Of a stretch of 64,000 bases of DNA, positions 1 to 14,242 are shown piece by piece; within the stretch, counting starts at the first letter, position 1, and each line of letters begins with the position of its first letter. The stretch is from contig CAVPNL010000001.1 in assembly GCA_963706575.1 (NCBI GenBank), forward strand, positions 64,001-128,000, in the 5' to 3' direction. Below the pieces are notes generated by a model, which searched no databases, was not told the origin of the DNA, and was given only the letters and a program-made list of their open reading frames with translations. This stretch comes from an uncultured delta proteobacterium. Its GTDB lineage: Bacteria; Desulfobacterota; Desulfobacteria; Desulfobacterales; JAHEIW01. Both the position numbers and the translations under genes were made by a program.

Positions 1-1
1 G

Positions 2-100
2 GAGGTCAATCCTGAAAAAGGGAAGATAAAGGTGCTGGTCAGTATATTCGGCCGCTCAACGCCCGTAGAATTGGAGTTTGTACAGGTCCAAAAGCTTTAG
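2..100 (+). CDS. nusG: Transcription termination/antitermination factor NusG, C-terminal end (partial)
   Basis: Translates [32 protein letters not shown], the KOW-domain end; lies directly upstream of rplK. Confidence 0.95.
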   Translation, partial: EVNPEKGKIKVLVSIFGRSTPVELEFVQVQKL

Positions 101-158
101 CCGGCGTTGACGACCATTTGGTGAAAGTTTAAAAGCATAGTAGGAGTAGAAAAAGCAA

Positions 159-581
159 ATGGCAAAAAAAGTATTGACAATGATCAAATTGCAAGTCGAA
201 GCCGGAAAAGCCAACCCATCGCCGCCCATTGGTCCCGCCCTGGGACAAAATGGCGTCAATATCATGGATTTTTGCAAGGCGTTTAATGCCAGGACGGCCG
301 ATGATGAAGGCATGATCATACCGGTCGTAATAACGGTTTATCAGGATCGCTCCTTTTCATTTATCACCAAAACACCGCCTGCGGCTGTGCTGCTGAAGAA
401 GGCCGCCAAAATCGCAAAAGGCGCCGGCGATCCCAAACGGGATATCGTCGGTTCGGTTACGCGCCAGCAAGTTGAAGAAATTGCCAAGGTGAAAATGGTC
501 GATTTAAACGCCAATGACTTGGATGCCGCCTGCAAAATAATTGCCGGTACGGCGAGAAGCATGGGAATAGAAGTCAGCTAG
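159..581 (+). CDS. rplK: 50S ribosomal protein L11
   Basis: [21 protein letters not shown] motif. Confidence 0.99.
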   Translation: MAKKVLTMIKLQVEAGKANPSPPIGPALGQNGVNIMDFCKAFNARTADDEGMIIPVVITVYQDRSFSFITKTPPAAVLLKKAAKIAKGAGDPKRDIVGSVTRQQVEEIAKVKMVDLNANDLDAACKIIAGTARSMGIEVS

Positions 582-674
582 ATATTACCGTTGCGGGATT
601 CGAGTAGGACAGGGTTTTAACTCGCAACACGCAACTTGAAACTCGCAACGCGATTGAGGGAGATGATTATAAAG

Positions 675-1379
675 ATGTCGAAACGGGGGAAAAAATATTC
701 AGAATCCAGAAAGAAGATCGATTCGGAAGATGTCGGCAGTTTCAACGATGCTGTCAAAATGACATTGGAATCATCTTTTGCCAGGTTTGACGAAACAGTT
801 GATCTGGCAGTTCGTCTGGGGGTTGACCCCAGGCATGCCGATCAGATGGTCAGAGGCAGCGTGGTGTTACCGCATGGAACCGGCAAAGATGTCAAGGTTG
901 CTGTCTTTGCCAAGGGCGAAAAAGAGAAAGAAGCCACGGATGCCGGAGCCGACTTTGTGGGTAACGACGATTTGATCGAAAAGATAAAAGAAGGCTGGTT
1001 TGGCTTTGACAAGGCTGTAGCCACGCCGGATATGATGGGATCCGTCGGAAAGATCGGCAAACTGCTTGGACCACGAGGGCTGATGCCCAACGCCAAAAGC
1101 GGAACCGTTACTTTTGATTTGGCGCGGGCGATCCAAGATCTTAAAGCCGGCAAAATCGACTTTCGAGTCGAAAAGGCTGGAATTGTGCATGCACCCATGG
1201 GGAAGGTGTCTTTTGGCGTGGATAAAATTGTTCAAAATATCGCGGCTTTTTTTGACACCATCATGCGTCTCAAGCCGGCTTCCAGTAAAGGTACCTATCT
1301 AAAAGGTATTGCGATCTCGACAACCATGGGGCCCGGCCTGAAGATCGATTCAGCCCTGGTCAAAGATTTGCTTAAATAA
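675..1379 (+). CDS. rplA: 50S ribosomal protein L1
   Basis: FDETV...LPHGTGK...LGPRGLMPN; start taken at ATG 675 (MSKRGKKY). Confidence 0.98.
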   Translation: MSKRGKKYSESRKKIDSEDVGSFNDAVKMTLESSFARFDETVDLAVRLGVDPRHADQMVRGSVVLPHGTGKDVKVAVFAKGEKEKEATDAGADFVGNDDLIEKIKEGWFGFDKAVATPDMMGSVGKIGKLLGPRGLMPNAKSGTVTFDLARAIQDLKAGKIDFRVEKAGIVHAPMGKVSFGVDKIVQNIAAFFDTIMRLKPASSKGTYLKGIAISTTMGPGLKIDSALVKDLLK

Positions 1380-1473
1380 TCTACGATTATTTGCGTATCG
1401 CAAAAAGAAGTGGTTTGCGCTCAATTCGTGTAATGGTCAACGCCGAAACCGGCGTAAAAAAATAGAAGGTCAT

Positions 1474-1553
1474 CTGTCAAAGACCGTAGGTTCACAAACA
1501 CAGGACCGTAACTGTGGTTGTGTTTAATCGGCGATGCCGGCCTGCCGAGACAG
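1474..1553 (+). promoter_or_regulatory. L10 leader (rplJL autogenous regulatory RNA)
   Basis: CTGTC-AAAGACCGTAGG...TTAA...CCTGCCGA-GACAG architecture upstream of rplJ. Confidence 0.75.
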
Positions 1554-1679
1554 TTGTGTGATTTGCGTTTCCGTCCAGCCCTGAGTGCAGGGGAAGCGCT
1601 ATATCGTCAATTGCAAATCGGCAATGTCAATCCCTCCGGTTTTGTCAGATCGATATGGAAAGGAGGTGTTTGGTTACCT

Positions 1680-2201
1680 GTGAATTTAGAAGAGAAGAAG
1701 AGAATTGCCCAGAATCTAAACGAACGCTTTTCGAAAGCAGCGGTGATCATCGTAACCGACTATAAAGGTCTCGATGTTGCTGCCATAAATGATCTGCGGC
1801 GAAAACTTAGACAGGAAGAAGTCGAATATCAGGTTGCAAAAAATTCACTTCTGATTAGAGCCTCGGAAGAGACCGATGTGGCGCTGATCAAAGACACATT
1901 TAAAGGACCCAACGCCGTCGCAATGAGTTATGGCGATCCGGTCGCACCGGCAAAAATTTTAACCGAATTTGCCAAAGAAAACAAAGTGTTTGAGATCAAA
2001 ATCGGCGTCATGGACGGGAAGATCCTTGATGCAAACGCGATCAAGTCCCTTTCGGCCCTGCCGTCGCGAGAAGTTCTGCTAGGTGTCTTTGTCTCAACCC
2101 TGAACAATGTACCCGCGGGTTTTGTTCGGACGCTGGCAGAAATTCCCCGGCAGTTGCTGAATGTTCTGCAGGCCGTAAAAGATCAAAAAGAAGCAGCCTG
2201 A
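1680..2201 (+). CDS. rplJ: 50S ribosomal protein L10
   Basis: DYKGL...LRRKLR...VAKNSL...LPSRE; GTG start after AGGAGG. Confidence 0.96.
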   Translation: MNLEEKKRIAQNLNERFSKAAVIIVTDYKGLDVAAINDLRRKLRQEEVEYQVAKNSLLIRASEETDVALIKDTFKGPNAVAMSYGDPVAPAKILTEFAKENKVFEIKIGVMDGKILDANAIKSLSALPSREVLLGVFVSTLNNVPAGFVRTLAEIPRQLLNVLQAVKDQKEAA

Positions 2202-2257
2202 TCGAATGACAAAAAAGCATCTATTGATGAAAGCGTAAATGAAACTGGAGGAAGAAA

Positions 2258-2650
2258 ATGGCGAATGCAAGTATTACCAAAGAAGACGTAATTGAATTTG
2301 TGGCGAATATGTCGGTACTTGAGCTCAGTGAGCTTATTAAGGAAATGGAAGAAAAATTTGGCGTGTCTGCAGCGGCACCGGTGGCCATGATGGCAGCCGG
2401 ACCTGCTGAAGGTGCTGCCGGAGCATCGGATGAAGAAAAGACGGAGTTTGATGTAATTATTACAGCCGCCGGGGACAAGAAAATAGCGGTCATTAAAGAA
2501 GTGCGGGCCATTACCGGACTGGGACTCAAAGATGCCAAGGCTTTGGTTGACGAAGTGCCCAAGCCGGTCAAAGAAGCAGTGGCCAAAGAAGAAGCTGAAA
2601 AGATTAAATCCCAACTTGAAGAAGCTGGCGCTCAGGTGGAGCTCAAGTAA
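2258..2650 (+). CDS. rplL: 50S ribosomal protein L7/L12
   Basis: [10 protein letters not shown]...[20 protein letters not shown]. Confidence 0.99.
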   Translation: MANASITKEDVIEFVANMSVLELSELIKEMEEKFGVSAAAPVAMMAAGPAEGAAGASDEEKTEFDVIITAAGDKKIAVIKEVRAITGLGLKDAKALVDEVPKPVKEAVAKEEAEKIKSQLEEAGAQVELK

Positions 2651-2789
2651 ATTCACTGAAAAAGGAACGGGTAACGGGGGGATTCATCGGAGTCGATGAT
2701 GGTCCCCTTGCCCGGTGCTGGCAAGCTCTTGTTTCTTTCCGAAAACTCATCACCAGCAACTCATAACCCCAAAAAACAATGGAGATGGC

Positions 2790-5700
2790 ATGTCAAAAAA
2801 TCCGTTGGCACCAAAACGGTTTCGGAAAAATTTCGGTAAGATAAAACAAATCGTCGGAATCCCTGATCTTATCGGAATGCAGCGTGAATCGTTTCAACGG
2901 TTTTTGCAAATGGATGTACCGCCTGAAAAGCGCGAGGATATTGGTTTGCAGACCGTTTTTAAATCTGTTTTTCCGATCAAAGATTTTACCGGCAGCGCAT
3001 CCCTCGAATTCGTGTCCTACCGATTCGGGGAGGTAAAGCACAGTATTGAGGAATGCGTCCACCGCGGTATGACCTATGAGATACCGCTGCGACTTACGGT
3101 CAGACTGGTCGTCTATGAACTTGACGTTGAAACCGGAGTTTCTAACATCCGCGACATTAAGGAACAGGAAATTTATTTTGGTACGATACCCTTAATGACT
3201 GAAAAAGGTACCTTTATTATAAATGGAACCGAGCGGGTCGTGGTCAGTCAGCTCCACCGGTCTTCCGGTGTGTTTTTTGACCATGACAAGGGCAAATCCC
3301 ATTCAAGCGGAAAAATTATTTATAGCTCACGGATTATACCGGTGCGTGGCTCCTGGATTGATATGGAGGTTGATCCTAAGGATATTGTCCACATTCGTAT
3401 TGATCGGCGCCGCAAGTTTCCAGTCACCTTGCTGTTTAAGGCTTTCGGTTACACAACCGAGGATTTGTTGAGCTATTTTTATGAGACGGAAAAAATAATT
3501 GTAAAAGGCAAGCGTTATTTTAAGGAATTCAATGAGGCGTATCTTGGAGGCAAACGGGCCAGCAAAGAAGTGCGTGATCCTAAAAGCGGAGAAGTCATCG
3601 TAAAAAAGGGCCGGGTCTTTACCATGAAGGCCATTAAACGCCTTAAATCGATTAAGGCCAATTTAATTCCGATTAATGTCGAAGAGATTATGGGCCACGC
3701 TTTCGCCCAAAGCATCGTGGATCCAGATACTGGAGAAACGATCGTCAGTGTTGCTGAGCTCATCAATGAGGAAGTATTGACCAAACTCAGCGATGCCGGC
3801 ATTGATGAATTTGATTTGTTGTATGTCGATGTGGCCACCAACAGCGATTCAATCCGCAAGACGCTTTTGCTGGATAAGGTTGAAACCAAAGAAGAAGCCC
3901 TGATTGAGATATATCGCCGGCTCAGACCGGGAAATCCGGCTACGCCTGAGGTGGCTCAGGATTTTCTTGATAATTTGTTTTTCAGGTCAACCTATTACGA
4001 TCTTTCCGGTGTGGGGCGGCTCAAAATAAATCAACGCCTGGGTATCGGCAGTCAGATTAATTTAAACATCTTACGAAAAGAAGATATCATACTTACGGCT
4101 AAAGCACTGATTCAGCTGCGCGATATCCAGGGTGTGGTGGATGATATCGACCATCTGGGCAATCGCCGGGTTCGCGCGGTGGGTGAGCTGCTTGAAAATC
4201 AATACCGCATCGGGCTGGTCCGGATGGAACGCGCAATAAAAGAACGCATGAGCCTTCAGGAGGTTGATGCCCTCATGCCTCACGATCTGGTGAATCCCAA
4301 GCCCGTATCTGCAGTTGTAAAAGAATTTTTTGGCACCAGTCAGCTGTCTCAGTTTATGGATCAGACCAATCCGCTTTCCGAGACGACCCACAAGCGGCGG
4401 CTCAGCGCATTGGGGCCCGGAGGTCTTACACGCGAACGGGCAGGCTTTGAGGTGCGGGATGTCCATCCTTCCCATTACGGTCGCATCTGTCCCATCGAAA
4501 CCCCGGAAGGGCCCAATATCGGCCTGATTGTTTCGTTGAGCACCTATGCGCGTGTAAACGCCTATGGCTTTATTGAAACCCCTTACCGGGTGGTGGCAAA
4601 TGCCAAAGTCACCGATGAAGTCAAATTTCTGGATGCCTTTGAAGAAAAGGATCTCCCCATCGCCCAGGCCAATGCTAGCATTGATAACAAAGGCGCATAT
4701 GTCAATCCGCTGGTGACCTCTCGGGTTGCCGGGGAATTTATGATGGTCGAAAAAGAACACATCGACCTGATGGATATTTCACCGAATCAGTTGGTTAGCG
4801 TTTCGGCCTCCTTGATCCCGTTTTTGGAAAATGATGACGCCAACCGGGCATTGATGGGTTCCAACATGCAACGCCAGGCAGTGCCGTTGCTTATTAATAG
4901 CGCGCCGCTGGTGGGAACCGGTATCGAAGGGGTCGTCGCAAGAGATTCCGGCGTTGCTGTGGTTGCCAAACGGGATGCGGAAGTGGTCGATGTGGATGCT
5001 GCCCGGATTGTTTTAAAGCATCAACCGGCAGGCGTGCCTTCTGAAAAGGATGTCACCATTTATAATCTTTCCAAATTCATCCGTTCCAATCAAAACACCT
5101 GTTTTAACCATCGCCCGATTGTTCGCAAAGGCGATTTTGTAAAGGCCGGTGAAATCATTGCGGATGGTCCAGCAACGGATCAGGGTGAACTGGCCCTGGG
5201 AAAGAATGTCACCGTGGCCTTTATGCCCTGGGGTGGGTATAATTTCGAGGACTCAATTTTGGTAAGCGAAAGACTTGTGCGCGATGGTGTTTACACTTCG
5301 GTACATATAGAAGAATTTGAAGTCGTCGCCAGAGATACCAAGCTGGGAAAAGAAGAAATTACCCGTGATATCCCCAATGTGGGCGAAGAAGCTTTAAAAA
5401 ATTTAGACGAAAGCGGAATTATTCGTCTTGGCGCTGAAGTGCTGCAGGGCGACATACTGGTTGGCAAAATAACACCTAAAGGTGAAACACAGCTATCTCC
5501 TGAAGAAAAACTACTGCGTGCTATATTTGGCGAAAAAGCCGGCGACGTTAAAGACACCTCTTTGCGGGTGCCCCCCGGGGTTCAGGGGACAGTTATCGAT
5601 GCGAAAGTATTTTCAAGGCGCGGCATCGACAAGGATGACCGCACCCGCCTGATCGAAGATGAAGAAATTGCGTCCCTTGAAAAAGATCGTGATGATGAGC

Positions 5701-6905
5701 AGGCTGTGATTGAAGAAGTGGTTCGTGCGCAGCTGGGGGATCTGTTGATCGGTAAAAAAGCCATGGCCGACTTGAAAAAGGGAAAGAAGGTTTTAATCGA
5801 AAGTGGGACGAATATCAATCGGGAAAGCTTGGCAAACGTCCCCATGGCCCAGCTGGAGGGCCTGGTTTTGAAAGATCCCAAAATCAGCCAGCAAGTCCAT
5901 GAACTGCTTGAACGCTACCGGGATCAGCGCGAGCTGTGCCGGCTGGCGTTTGAACAGCAGGTCAGTCGTTACGAAAAGGGAGATGATCTACCGCCCGGTG
6001 TCATCAAAATGGTTAAAGTTTACGTAGCCATGAAACGCAAGCTGTCTGTTGGTGATAAAATGGCGGGTCGCCACGGAAACAAGGGGGTCGTATCCCGGAT
6101 TTTGCCCGTAGAGGATTTGCCGTATTTCGAAAACGGTTTGCCGGTGGACATGGTGCTCAACCCGCTGGGGGTTCCTTCGCGAATGAATGTCGGCCAGATA
6201 TTGGAAATTCATCTGGGCCGCGCCGCCAAGGGTCTCGGGGATCAGTTAAATGAACTGCTCGAAGAAGCAAAATTTAAGGACCTGCGCGAGAAAACAAAGA
6301 AGATTTTTACAATCCCGGCCCAGCGAAAATTGATTTCCGAAATGGATGAAAAGCAGCTTGTCGAATTTACGGACTTTTATAAAGACGGTGTTCATATGGC
6401 CACACCGGTTTTTGACGGTGCCAAAGAAGATGAAATCAAATCACTGCTGAAAGAAGCCGGGCTCGAGCAAACCGGTCAGGCAACACTCTTCGACGGCCGC
6501 AGCGGTGAGCCTTTTGACGACAAGGTCACCGTGGGCACCATGTACGTTATGAAACTGCATCATCTGGTGGATGACAAGATTCATGCCCGTTCGATCGGCC
6601 CGTATTCCCTGGTGACCCAGCAACCGTTAGGCGGAAAGGCACAATTCGGCGGTCAGCGCCTGGGTGAAATGGAAGTCTGGGCCATGGAAGCATACGGAGC
6701 CGCGTATGCTCTGCAGGAATTTTTAACCGTGAAATCAGATGATATGGCCGGACGGACGCGCATGTATGAGAAGATTGTCAAGGGCCAAAACGTCTTGGAA
6801 CCCGGGATTCCCGAATCTTTTCGGGTTATGACCAAAGAATTGCAGGCTCTGGGGCTGGATATTGCACTATTAGATAAAGATGAACTGGAAGCCAAAAGCT
6901 CATAA
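2790..6905 (+). CDS. rpoB: DNA-directed RNA polymerase beta subunit
   Basis: [31 protein letters not shown] motifs; start at ATG 2790. Confidence 0.99.
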   Translation: MSKNPLAPKRFRKNFGKIKQIVGIPDLIGMQRESFQRFLQMDVPPEKREDIGLQTVFKSVFPIKDFTGSASLEFVSYRFGEVKHSIEECVHRGMTYEIPLRLTVRLVVYELDVETGVSNIRDIKEQEIYFGTIPLMTEKGTFIINGTERVVVSQLHRSSGVFFDHDKGKSHSSGKIIYSSRIIPVRGSWIDMEVDPKDIVHIRIDRRRKFPVTLLFKAFGYTTEDLLSYFYETEKIIVKGKRYFKEFNEAYLGGKRASKEVRDPKSGEVIVKKGRVFTMKAIKRLKSIKANLIPINVEEIMGHAFAQSIVDPDTGETIVSVAELINEEVLTKLSDAGIDEFDLLYVDVATNSDSIRKTLLLDKVETKEEALIEIYRRLRPGNPATPEVAQDFLDNLFFRSTYYDLSGVGRLKINQRLGIGSQINLNILRKEDIILTAKALIQLRDIQGVVDDIDHLGNRRVRAVGELLENQYRIGLVRMERAIKERMSLQEVDALMPHDLVNPKPVSAVVKEFFGTSQLSQFMDQTNPLSETTHKRRLSALGPGGLTRERAGFEVRDVHPSHYGRICPIETPEGPNIGLIVSLSTYARVNAYGFIETPYRVVANAKVTDEVKFLDAFEEKDLPIAQANASIDNKGAYVNPLVTSRVAGEFMMVEKEHIDLMDISPNQLVSVSASLIPFLENDDANRALMGSNMQRQAVPLLINSAPLVGTGIEGVVARDSGVAVVAKRDAEVVDVDAARIVLKHQPAGVPSEKDVTIYNLSKFIRSNQNTCFNHRPIVRKGDFVKAGEIIADGPATDQGELALGKNVTVAFMPWGGYNFEDSILVSERLVRDGVYTSVHIEEFEVVARDTKLGKEEITRDIPNVGEEALKNLDESGIIRLGAEVLQGDILVGKITPKGETQLSPEEKLLRAIFGEKAGDVKDTSLRVPPGVQGTVIDAKVFSRRGIDKDDRTRLIEDEEIASLEKDRDDEQAVIEEVVRAQLGDLLIGKKAMADLKKGKKVLIESGTNINRESLANVPMAQLEGLVLKDPKISQQVHELLERYRDQRELCRLAFEQQVSRYEKGDDLPPGVIKMVKVYVAMKRKLSVGDKMAGRHGNKGVVSRILPVEDLPYFENGLPVDMVLNPLGVPSRMNVGQILEIHLGRAAKGLGDQLNELLEEAKFKDLREKTKKIFTIPAQRKLISEMDEKQLVEFTDFYKDGVHMATPVFDGAKEDEIKSLLKEAGLEQTGQATLFDGRSGEPFDDKVTVGTMYVMKLHHLVDDKIHARSIGPYSLVTQQPLGGKAQFGGQRLGEMEVWAMEAYGAAYALQEFLTVKSDDMAGRTRMYEKIVKGQNVLEPGIPESFRVMTKELQALGLDIALLDKDELEAKSS

Positions 6906-6978
6906 TGATCATCGATGGGTAGCGGATATTCAGGCAGGTTAGATTTTCGCAATCAACCAAACAATATAGGAATTCAAT

Positions 6979-9900
6979 ATGGAAACTCTTTACGATTTTT
7001 TCGCAAAACCGACCGATCCAAGAAAGTATTTCGGTATTCAAATTGCACTGGCTGCGCCGGAACAAATTCGCAAGTGGTCACACGGCGAAATTAAAAAGCC
7101 GGAAACCATCAATTACCGAACCTTTAAGCCCGAACGCGATGGGCTGTTTTGTGCTAAAATTTTTGGGCCGACCAAAGATTATGAATGCAATTGCGGTAAA
7201 TACAAACGCATGAAACACCGGGGCGTCATTTGTGAAAAATGCGGCGTAGAAGTTATTCAATCCAAGGTGCGACGTGAACGCATGGCGCATATCGAGCTGG
7301 CTACCCCGGTCTCTCATATCTGGTTTCTAAAAAGCTTGCCGAGCAAGATCGGCAACCTGCTTGATCTGACCCTAAAAAACATGGAAAAGGTTTTGTATTT
7401 TGACAGCTATATCGTGGTGGATCCCAAAAACACGTCGCTGACAAAAGGTCAATTGCTTTCAGACGAAAAATACATGGAGGCATTGGAAGAATTCGGCTCC
7501 AAGTTCGATGCCGGCATCGGCGCCGAGGCGGTTCAGGCACTGCTGGAAAGCATTGACCTGGAAGAATTGTACATTGAACTCAAAGCGGACATTAAAGCGA
7601 CCGGATCGGTTGCCAAACGGCAGAAGCTATCCAAACGGCTGAAGATCGTCGATGCCTTTCGAAAATCCGGGGTTGATCCGACCTGGATGGTGATGAGTGT
7701 GATTCCGGTACTTCCTCCCGATCTTCGCCCGCTGGTACCTCTGGAAGGAGGCCGTTTTGCGACATCAGACCTCAATGATCTGTATCGCCGCGTGATTAAT
7801 CGTAACAATCGTCTCAAACGACTTATCGATCTCAAAGCACCGGACATTATTATACGCAATGAGAAACGGATGCTGCAGGAATCCGTCGACGTTCTTTTTG
7901 ACAATGGCCGCCACGGCCGGGTAATAACCGGGACCAATAAACGACCGTTGAAATCGCTGAGTGACACCTTGAAAGGCAAACAGGGTCGTTTTCGACAGAA
8001 CTTGCTGGGCAAACGCGTGGATTATTCCGGACGGACGGTAATCACCGTCGGGCCGGACTTAAGGCTGCATCAGTGTGGCTTGCCCAAAAAAATGGCGCTG
8101 GAACTGTTTAAACCGTTTGTTTATTTTCGACTGGAACAAAAGGGTTTCGTTTCGACCGTAAAAAGTGCAAAGAAAATGGTGGAACGCGAAATTCCGGAGG
8201 TATGGGATACGCTTGACGAGGTGGTAAAGGAATATCCGGTATTGTTGAACCGGGCGCCGACGCTGCATCGACTCGGTATTCAGGCCTTTGAGCCGATTTT
8301 GATCGAAGGTAAAGCCATTCAGTTGCATCCGCTGGTTTGTACGGCCTTCAACGCCGACTTTGACGGTGATCAGATGGCGGTTCACATACCGCTCTCGGTT
8401 GAATCACAGATCGAAGCCCGGGTGTTGATGCTATCCAGTAACAACATTTTGTCACCGGCCAACGGAAGTCCGATTATTGTACCGAGCCAGGATATTGTAC
8501 TGGGCACCTATTATATGACCCGGGGTGTTGCCGGTCGCCGAGGCGAAGGCAAAATCTTTGCGAATGTCGAAGAGGTCCAGGCTGCCTATGATGCCAAAGA
8601 AGTTGATCTGCACGCCAACATTACGGTTCGCATGCAAGGCAAACGCCATGAAACAACGGTTGGCAGAGTACTAATGTGGGAAATCATCCCCCAGGTCGAT
8701 ATTCTGGAACTGCGGCACATTCAGGTGGGCACGGAAGAAGAAGCGCTGGAGGTTTTTGATCAGATTAATAAGGGCAGACTGTTTACCGGTCTGGTCAATA
8801 AATATTCCCAGAGCCCGGATAAGGAAAATAAGGGGCTTATCGGAAAGCTCAGTTTCAACGAGTTTCGTAGTTTATTCGGCTGCCAGGAAGCCGATATTGA
8901 GGCCGTGTTTTCTCTTAAGGTCGGCGAATCCAGCAACGCCATATTTGCCGGTAACGCTTACCACTTTTTTGAAATTATATCCAAAAAGCCCGCCATCCCT
9001 TACGATATTGTCAATGCAGTGATGGATAAAAAAATGCTGCGTCAGCTGGTGGATTACGTCTACCGCAACCTGGGGCCCAAAGCCACCGTCATTCTTTCGG
9101 ATCGTCTCAAGAATATCGGGTACAAATATTCAACCCAGGGCGGCCTATCCATTGCGATTGACGATATGATAATTCCGGCGGCCAAATGGGATATCTTAAA
9201 TCAGGCTGAATCTCAGGTATCGGAAATCGGGCGGCAGTACACCGAAGGGCTGATTACCCAAGGGGAAAAGTATAATAAGATCGTCGATATCTGGGCCAAA
9301 GCCACTGATGATGTCGCCAATGAAATGATGGAGTCCATGAAACTGGAGCGCGCTGGAGAGAAAACCAGCAAAGCGGCAAAGAAAAAGAAGCAAAAATCGA
9401 GTCATGCTGAAAGTTTCAATCCCATTTTCATGATGGCTGACTCCGGCGCCAGGGGCAGCAAAGATCAGATGCGCCAGCTTGCCGGGATGCGGGGTCTGAT
9501 GGCCAAGCCGTCCGGCGAAATTATTGAAACGCCGATTAGCGCCAATTTCCGGGAAGGACTTTCGGTACTGCAATATTTCATCTCAACTCATGGCGCGCGT
9601 AAAGGATTGGCAGATACGGCTTTGAAAACCGCCAATTCCGGATATCTGACCCGCAGACTGGCTGATGTTGCGCAGGACTGTGTGGTTACCGAGCCTGACT
9701 GCGGAACCACGGCGGGGGTTGAAGTGGAACCGTTGATGGAGGGCGGTGAAATCATCCAGCGATTGGGTGAACGTATCTTGGGCCGGACCCTGGCGGAAGA
9801 TATCCATGATCCCTACACAGACGAGGTGGTGACGCGAGCCGGCGATCCCATTGATGAGGCCGCCGTCCAAAAAATTGAAGAAACCGGTGTCTCCAATGTC

Positions 9901-11379
9901 AAAATTCGTTCGGTGTTGACCTGTAAAGCCAAAACAGGGGTTTGCAGCAAATGTTATGGCCGCGATCTGGCGCACGGGCGCCCGGTGGAAATCGGTCAAG
10001 CGGTCGGGATTCTGGCCGCCCAGTCCATTGGCGAACCCGGCACCCAGCTGACCATGCGCACGTTTCATATCGGCGGTACCGCCAGCCGGCGGGTAGAGCA
10101 GGCGGACATTCGTTCCCGCACCGATGGAAAGATTAAGTATGTCGACCTCAATGTAGCCAAAAATTCCGAAGGCCAGCTGGTGGTCATGAACCGCCGGGGC
10201 GGCAAGTTTACCATTATCAGCAAGACGGGCCGTGAGCTGGAAACCTTTCCGGTCATTTACGGTGCCCATATTCAGATCAAAGACGGCGGGAAAGTCAAAG
10301 CAGGTGACTTGCTGGCCACCTGGGATCCATTTACCACCCCGATCATCTCCGAAGTCGATGGAAGCGTTAAATTCGGTGACATCGTTGCCGGACAGACCAT
10401 GCAGGAAAAGGTGGATCCGGTAACCGGCAAGTCGAGCCAGACCATCATTGAATCCAGAAGTGGTGATGAGCGTCCGCGGATATCCATCAAGGACGCCGAC
10501 GGCAAAACGGCCAAACTGCCCGCATCATCGGCTATGGCGCGCTATATTTTGCCGGTCAATGCCATTTTGCTTGTAGAGGAAACCGATGCGGTCAAGGCCG
10601 GTGATGTCGTTGCCAAACTGCCAAGGGCAACCACGAAAACCAAAGACATCACCGGCGGTTTGCCCCGAGTCGCCGAGCTTTTCGAAGTCCGGAAACCGAA
10701 GGAAGTGGCGGTGTTAAGTGAAATTGATGGATATGTTTCGATCTCAAAAAGCACCAAAAAAGGAAAACAGAGAGTGAGCATCACCCCTGTTGATGTCGGT
10801 GATAAAAAGGAATACCTGATTCCGCGGGGCAAACATATTAATGTGTACGAAGGCGATTATATTCGTGCCGGTGAGCCTTTGATCGGCGGTTCGGCGGTAC
10901 CCCAGGACATCTTAAGTATTAAAGGTGAGGTTGCACTGGCCCGTTATCTGGTTGATGAAGTACAAGAAGTTTACCGCCTGCAGGGTGTTCGTATCAATGA
11001 TAAGCATATCGAGGTGATTGTCCGGCAGATGATGCGGCGGGTGAAGGTCTTAACTGTCGGTGATACCGATTTTATCACCGAAGAACAGGTCGATCGCATC
11101 AAATTTGAAGAGGCCAATAAGGCCGTGATCGAAAAAGGCGGCAAGCCGGCTACGGCCGAGCCGCTGATTCTGGGAATCACCAAGGCATCTTTAAGTACGG
11201 ACAGTTTTATTTCGGCAGCTTCATTCCAGGAAACAACCAAAGTCCTTACGGATGCCAGTGTATCCGGAAAGGTTGACAGTTTGAGAGGGCTCAAAGAAAA
11301 CGTGATTATGGGTCGCCTCATCCCAGCCGGGACGGGTTTAAGAGCTTACGATGACGTTGCCGTCAAAATGGCGGATTAA
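6979..11379 (+). CDS. rpoC: DNA-directed RNA polymerase beta-prime subunit, with a ~100-aa parvulin-like insertion
   Basis: NADFDGD catalytic motif, zinc-binding Cys, trigger-loop insertion; extra domain at about aa 572-671. Confidence 0.99.
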   Translation: METLYDFFAKPTDPRKYFGIQIALAAPEQIRKWSHGEIKKPETINYRTFKPERDGLFCAKIFGPTKDYECNCGKYKRMKHRGVICEKCGVEVIQSKVRRERMAHIELATPVSHIWFLKSLPSKIGNLLDLTLKNMEKVLYFDSYIVVDPKNTSLTKGQLLSDEKYMEALEEFGSKFDAGIGAEAVQALLESIDLEELYIELKADIKATGSVAKRQKLSKRLKIVDAFRKSGVDPTWMVMSVIPVLPPDLRPLVPLEGGRFATSDLNDLYRRVINRNNRLKRLIDLKAPDIIIRNEKRMLQESVDVLFDNGRHGRVITGTNKRPLKSLSDTLKGKQGRFRQNLLGKRVDYSGRTVITVGPDLRLHQCGLPKKMALELFKPFVYFRLEQKGFVSTVKSAKKMVEREIPEVWDTLDEVVKEYPVLLNRAPTLHRLGIQAFEPILIEGKAIQLHPLVCTAFNADFDGDQMAVHIPLSVESQIEARVLMLSSNNILSPANGSPIIVPSQDIVLGTYYMTRGVAGRRGEGKIFANVEEVQAAYDAKEVDLHANITVRMQGKRHETTVGRVLMWEIIPQVDILELRHIQVGTEEEALEVFDQINKGRLFTGLVNKYSQSPDKENKGLIGKLSFNEFRSLFGCQEADIEAVFSLKVGESSNAIFAGNAYHFFEIISKKPAIPYDIVNAVMDKKMLRQLVDYVYRNLGPKATVILSDRLKNIGYKYSTQGGLSIAIDDMIIPAAKWDILNQAESQVSEIGRQYTEGLITQGEKYNKIVDIWAKATDDVANEMMESMKLERAGEKTSKAAKKKKQKSSHAESFNPIFMMADSGARGSKDQMRQLAGMRGLMAKPSGEIIETPISANFREGLSVLQYFISTHGARKGLADTALKTANSGYLTRRLADVAQDCVVTEPDCGTTAGVEVEPLMEGGEIIQRLGERILGRTLAEDIHDPYTDEVVTRAGDPIDEAAVQKIEETGVSNVKIRSVLTCKAKTGVCSKCYGRDLAHGRPVEIGQAVGILAAQSIGEPGTQLTMRTFHIGGTASRRVEQADIRSRTDGKIKYVDLNVAKNSEGQLVVMNRRGGKFTIISKTGRELETFPVIYGAHIQIKDGGKVKAGDLLATWDPFTTPIISEVDGSVKFGDIVAGQTMQEKVDPVTGKSSQTIIESRSGDERPRISIKDADGKTAKLPASSAMARYILPVNAILLVEETDAVKAGDVVAKLPRATTKTKDITGGLPRVAELFEVRKPKEVAVLSEIDGYVSISKSTKKGKQRVSITPVDVGDKKEYLIPRGKHINVYEGDYIRAGEPLIGGSAVPQDILSIKGEVALARYLVDEVQEVYRLQGVRINDKHIEVIVRQMMRRVKVLTVGDTDFITEEQVDRIKFEEANKAVIEKGGKPATAEPLILGITKASLSTDSFISAASFQETTKVLTDASVSGKVDSLRGLKENVIMGRLIPAGTGLRAYDDVAVKMAD

Positions 11380-11395
11380 ATCGCAGGGATTCAAC

Positions 11396-11425
11396 TTCAT
11401 CGCGGGCAAAGTGATGAATTTTTAT
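11396..11425 (+). terminator. Putative intrinsic terminator after rpoC
   Basis: TTCATCGC-GGGCAAA-GTGATGAA stem followed by a T run. Confidence 0.5.
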
Positions 11426-11445
11426 TGTAAATTTCAACAAAACAC

Positions 11446-11473
11446 TTGACAATCGTATGTTTCCTGTATAAAT
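11446..11473 (+). promoter_or_regulatory. Putative sigma70 promoter of the str operon
   Basis: TTGACA followed by TGTATAAAT upstream of rpsL; spacing slightly non-canonical. Confidence 0.5.
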
Positions 11474-11529
11474 ACGGTCATTTTACCAAGTCTAGAATCT
11501 TAGAAGAAAAAAAGGGTCGTCAGGAGATT

Positions 11530-11901
11530 ATGCCAACCATAAATCAACTCGTTCGTAAAGGCCGAAAGACAGCCAAAAGAAAAGTTACGACGCCGGCATT
11601 GAAGGGGGCACCCCAGAAGCGCGGTGTTTGCACCCGGGTGTATACATCAACCCCCAAAAAGCCCAATTCGGCCTTGCGGAAGGTGGCGCGTGTTAGATTG
11701 ACCACCGGGATTGAGGTCACTGCCTATATCCCCGGCATCGGCCATAACCTCCAGGAGCATTCGGTGGTTTTAGTGCGCGGGGGTCGGGTCAAGGACCTGC
11801 CTGGTGTTCGCTATCATATTGTTCGTGGCACCTTGGATACGCTTGGAGTTGAAGATCGCAAACAGAGCCGCTCCAAATATGGAGCCAAAAAGCCCAAATG
11901 A
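11530..11901 (+). CDS. rpsL: 30S ribosomal protein S12
   Basis: [12 protein letters not shown]...[10 protein letters not shown]...[10 protein letters not shown]. Confidence 0.99.
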   Translation: MPTINQLVRKGRKTAKRKVTTPALKGAPQKRGVCTRVYTSTPKKPNSALRKVARVRLTTGIEVTAYIPGIGHNLQEHSVVLVRGGRVKDLPGVRYHIVRGTLDTLGVEDRKQSRSKYGAKKPK

Positions 11902-12002
11902 TGATAGTTACTGGTTATTGGTTAATCGTTATTCGGTTAGTAAGGAAAAAAATCCTTATTTCTCCAATAACCAATAACGAATAACAATTTTCTGGAGAAT
12001 AA

Positions 12003-12473
12003 ATGCCTAGACGAAGAGAAGTGCCGGAGCGCGTCACTACCCCGGATTCAAAATATAACAGTGCACTGGTAGCCAAGTTTGTAAACTGTATTATGCGCGA
12101 TGGGAAAAAGAGTACCGCAGAAGCGACACTCTATAAGGCGCTCGATATCATGGGAGAAAAAACCAACGAACTTCCGCTGAAAATGTTTGAGCAGGCTGTG
12201 GATAATGTGCGCCCGTTAATAGAAGTAAAATCCCGACGCGTGGGAGGTTCAACGTATCAGGTCCCAACCGAAATACGACCATCCCGCAGAACCGCTTTAG
12301 GCATTCGATGGATTATTACCTATGCTCGCCAGCGGCCGGAAAAAGGTATGGCCAGTAAATTGGCTTCCGAGTTACTGGATGCAGCCAATAGAAGAGGCGC
12401 TTCCGTTAAGAAAAAGGAAGACACTCATAAAATGGCCGAAGCCAACAAGGCCTTTGCCCATTTTCGCTGGTAG
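12003..12473 (+). CDS. rpsG: 30S ribosomal protein S7
   Basis: MPRRR...[12 protein letters not shown]...[12 protein letters not shown]. Confidence 0.99.
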   Translation: MPRRREVPERVTTPDSKYNSALVAKFVNCIMRDGKKSTAEATLYKALDIMGEKTNELPLKMFEQAVDNVRPLIEVKSRRVGGSTYQVPTEIRPSRRTALGIRWIITYARQRPEKGMASKLASELLDAANRRGASVKKKEDTHKMAEANKAFAHFRW

Positions 12474-12574
12474 GCCAAAACCCAACTCACCACGGGCAAG
12501 TTGCATGGAAATGATATTCAATTGCGTTCGTCTGTGCGCGATGCCCATGCATGTTTAATTGGGAGGATGAAAAG

Positions 12575-13768
<1,194 letters not shown>

Positions 13769-13783
13769 CGGAAATATACGACA

Positions 13784-14095
13784 ATGATAACCAACACCAA
13801 GATAAGAATCAGACTCAAGGCTTACGACCATAAGTTGCTGGATCAGTCTGTATCCGATATCGTCGATACGGCAACAAAAACCGGTGCTAAAGTTGTTGGA
13901 CCGATACCGCTGCCTACGCGAATCAGTAAATATACGGTGCTGCGATCTCCACATATTGATAAAAAATCCCGTGAGCAGTTCGAAATTCGGACCCACAAGC
14001 GTCTCATGGATATCATGGAGCCCACCCAGCAGACAGTGGATGCCTTGATGAAATTAGACCTGTCACCGGGTGTCGATGTGGAGATTAAGCTATAG
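13784..14095 (+). CDS. rpsJ: 30S ribosomal protein S10
   Basis: [11 protein letters not shown]...GPIPLPT...SREQFE. Confidence 0.99.
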   Translation: MITNTKIRIRLKAYDHKLLDQSVSDIVDTATKTGAKVVGPIPLPTRISKYTVLRSPHIDKKSREQFEIRTHKRLMDIMEPTQQTVDALMKLDLSPGVDVEIKL

Positions 14096-14242
14096 TCCAG
14101 ACCTAATTAGGGATTCAGGTAAATAACGCAACGTTGAGCTGATGGTTTGCCCTGTATCCCTAATTTTTTGACTCTTTTGGCGCCGAATTCGTGGAATGAA
14201 GCATCAACCCCTTTTTTAGATATTGGACAAAAGGTTAGAGCG

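Noticed and set aside
8692..8991. RpoC insertion as an intein
   Set aside because: No N-terminal Cys/Ser, no C-terminal His-Asn followed by Cys/Ser/Thr; the sequence fits a parvulin pattern instead.
4330..11700. Rifampicin or streptomycin resistance alleles
   Set aside because: The RpoB cluster I residues (Q, D, H, S) and the S12 PKKPNS motif look wild type.
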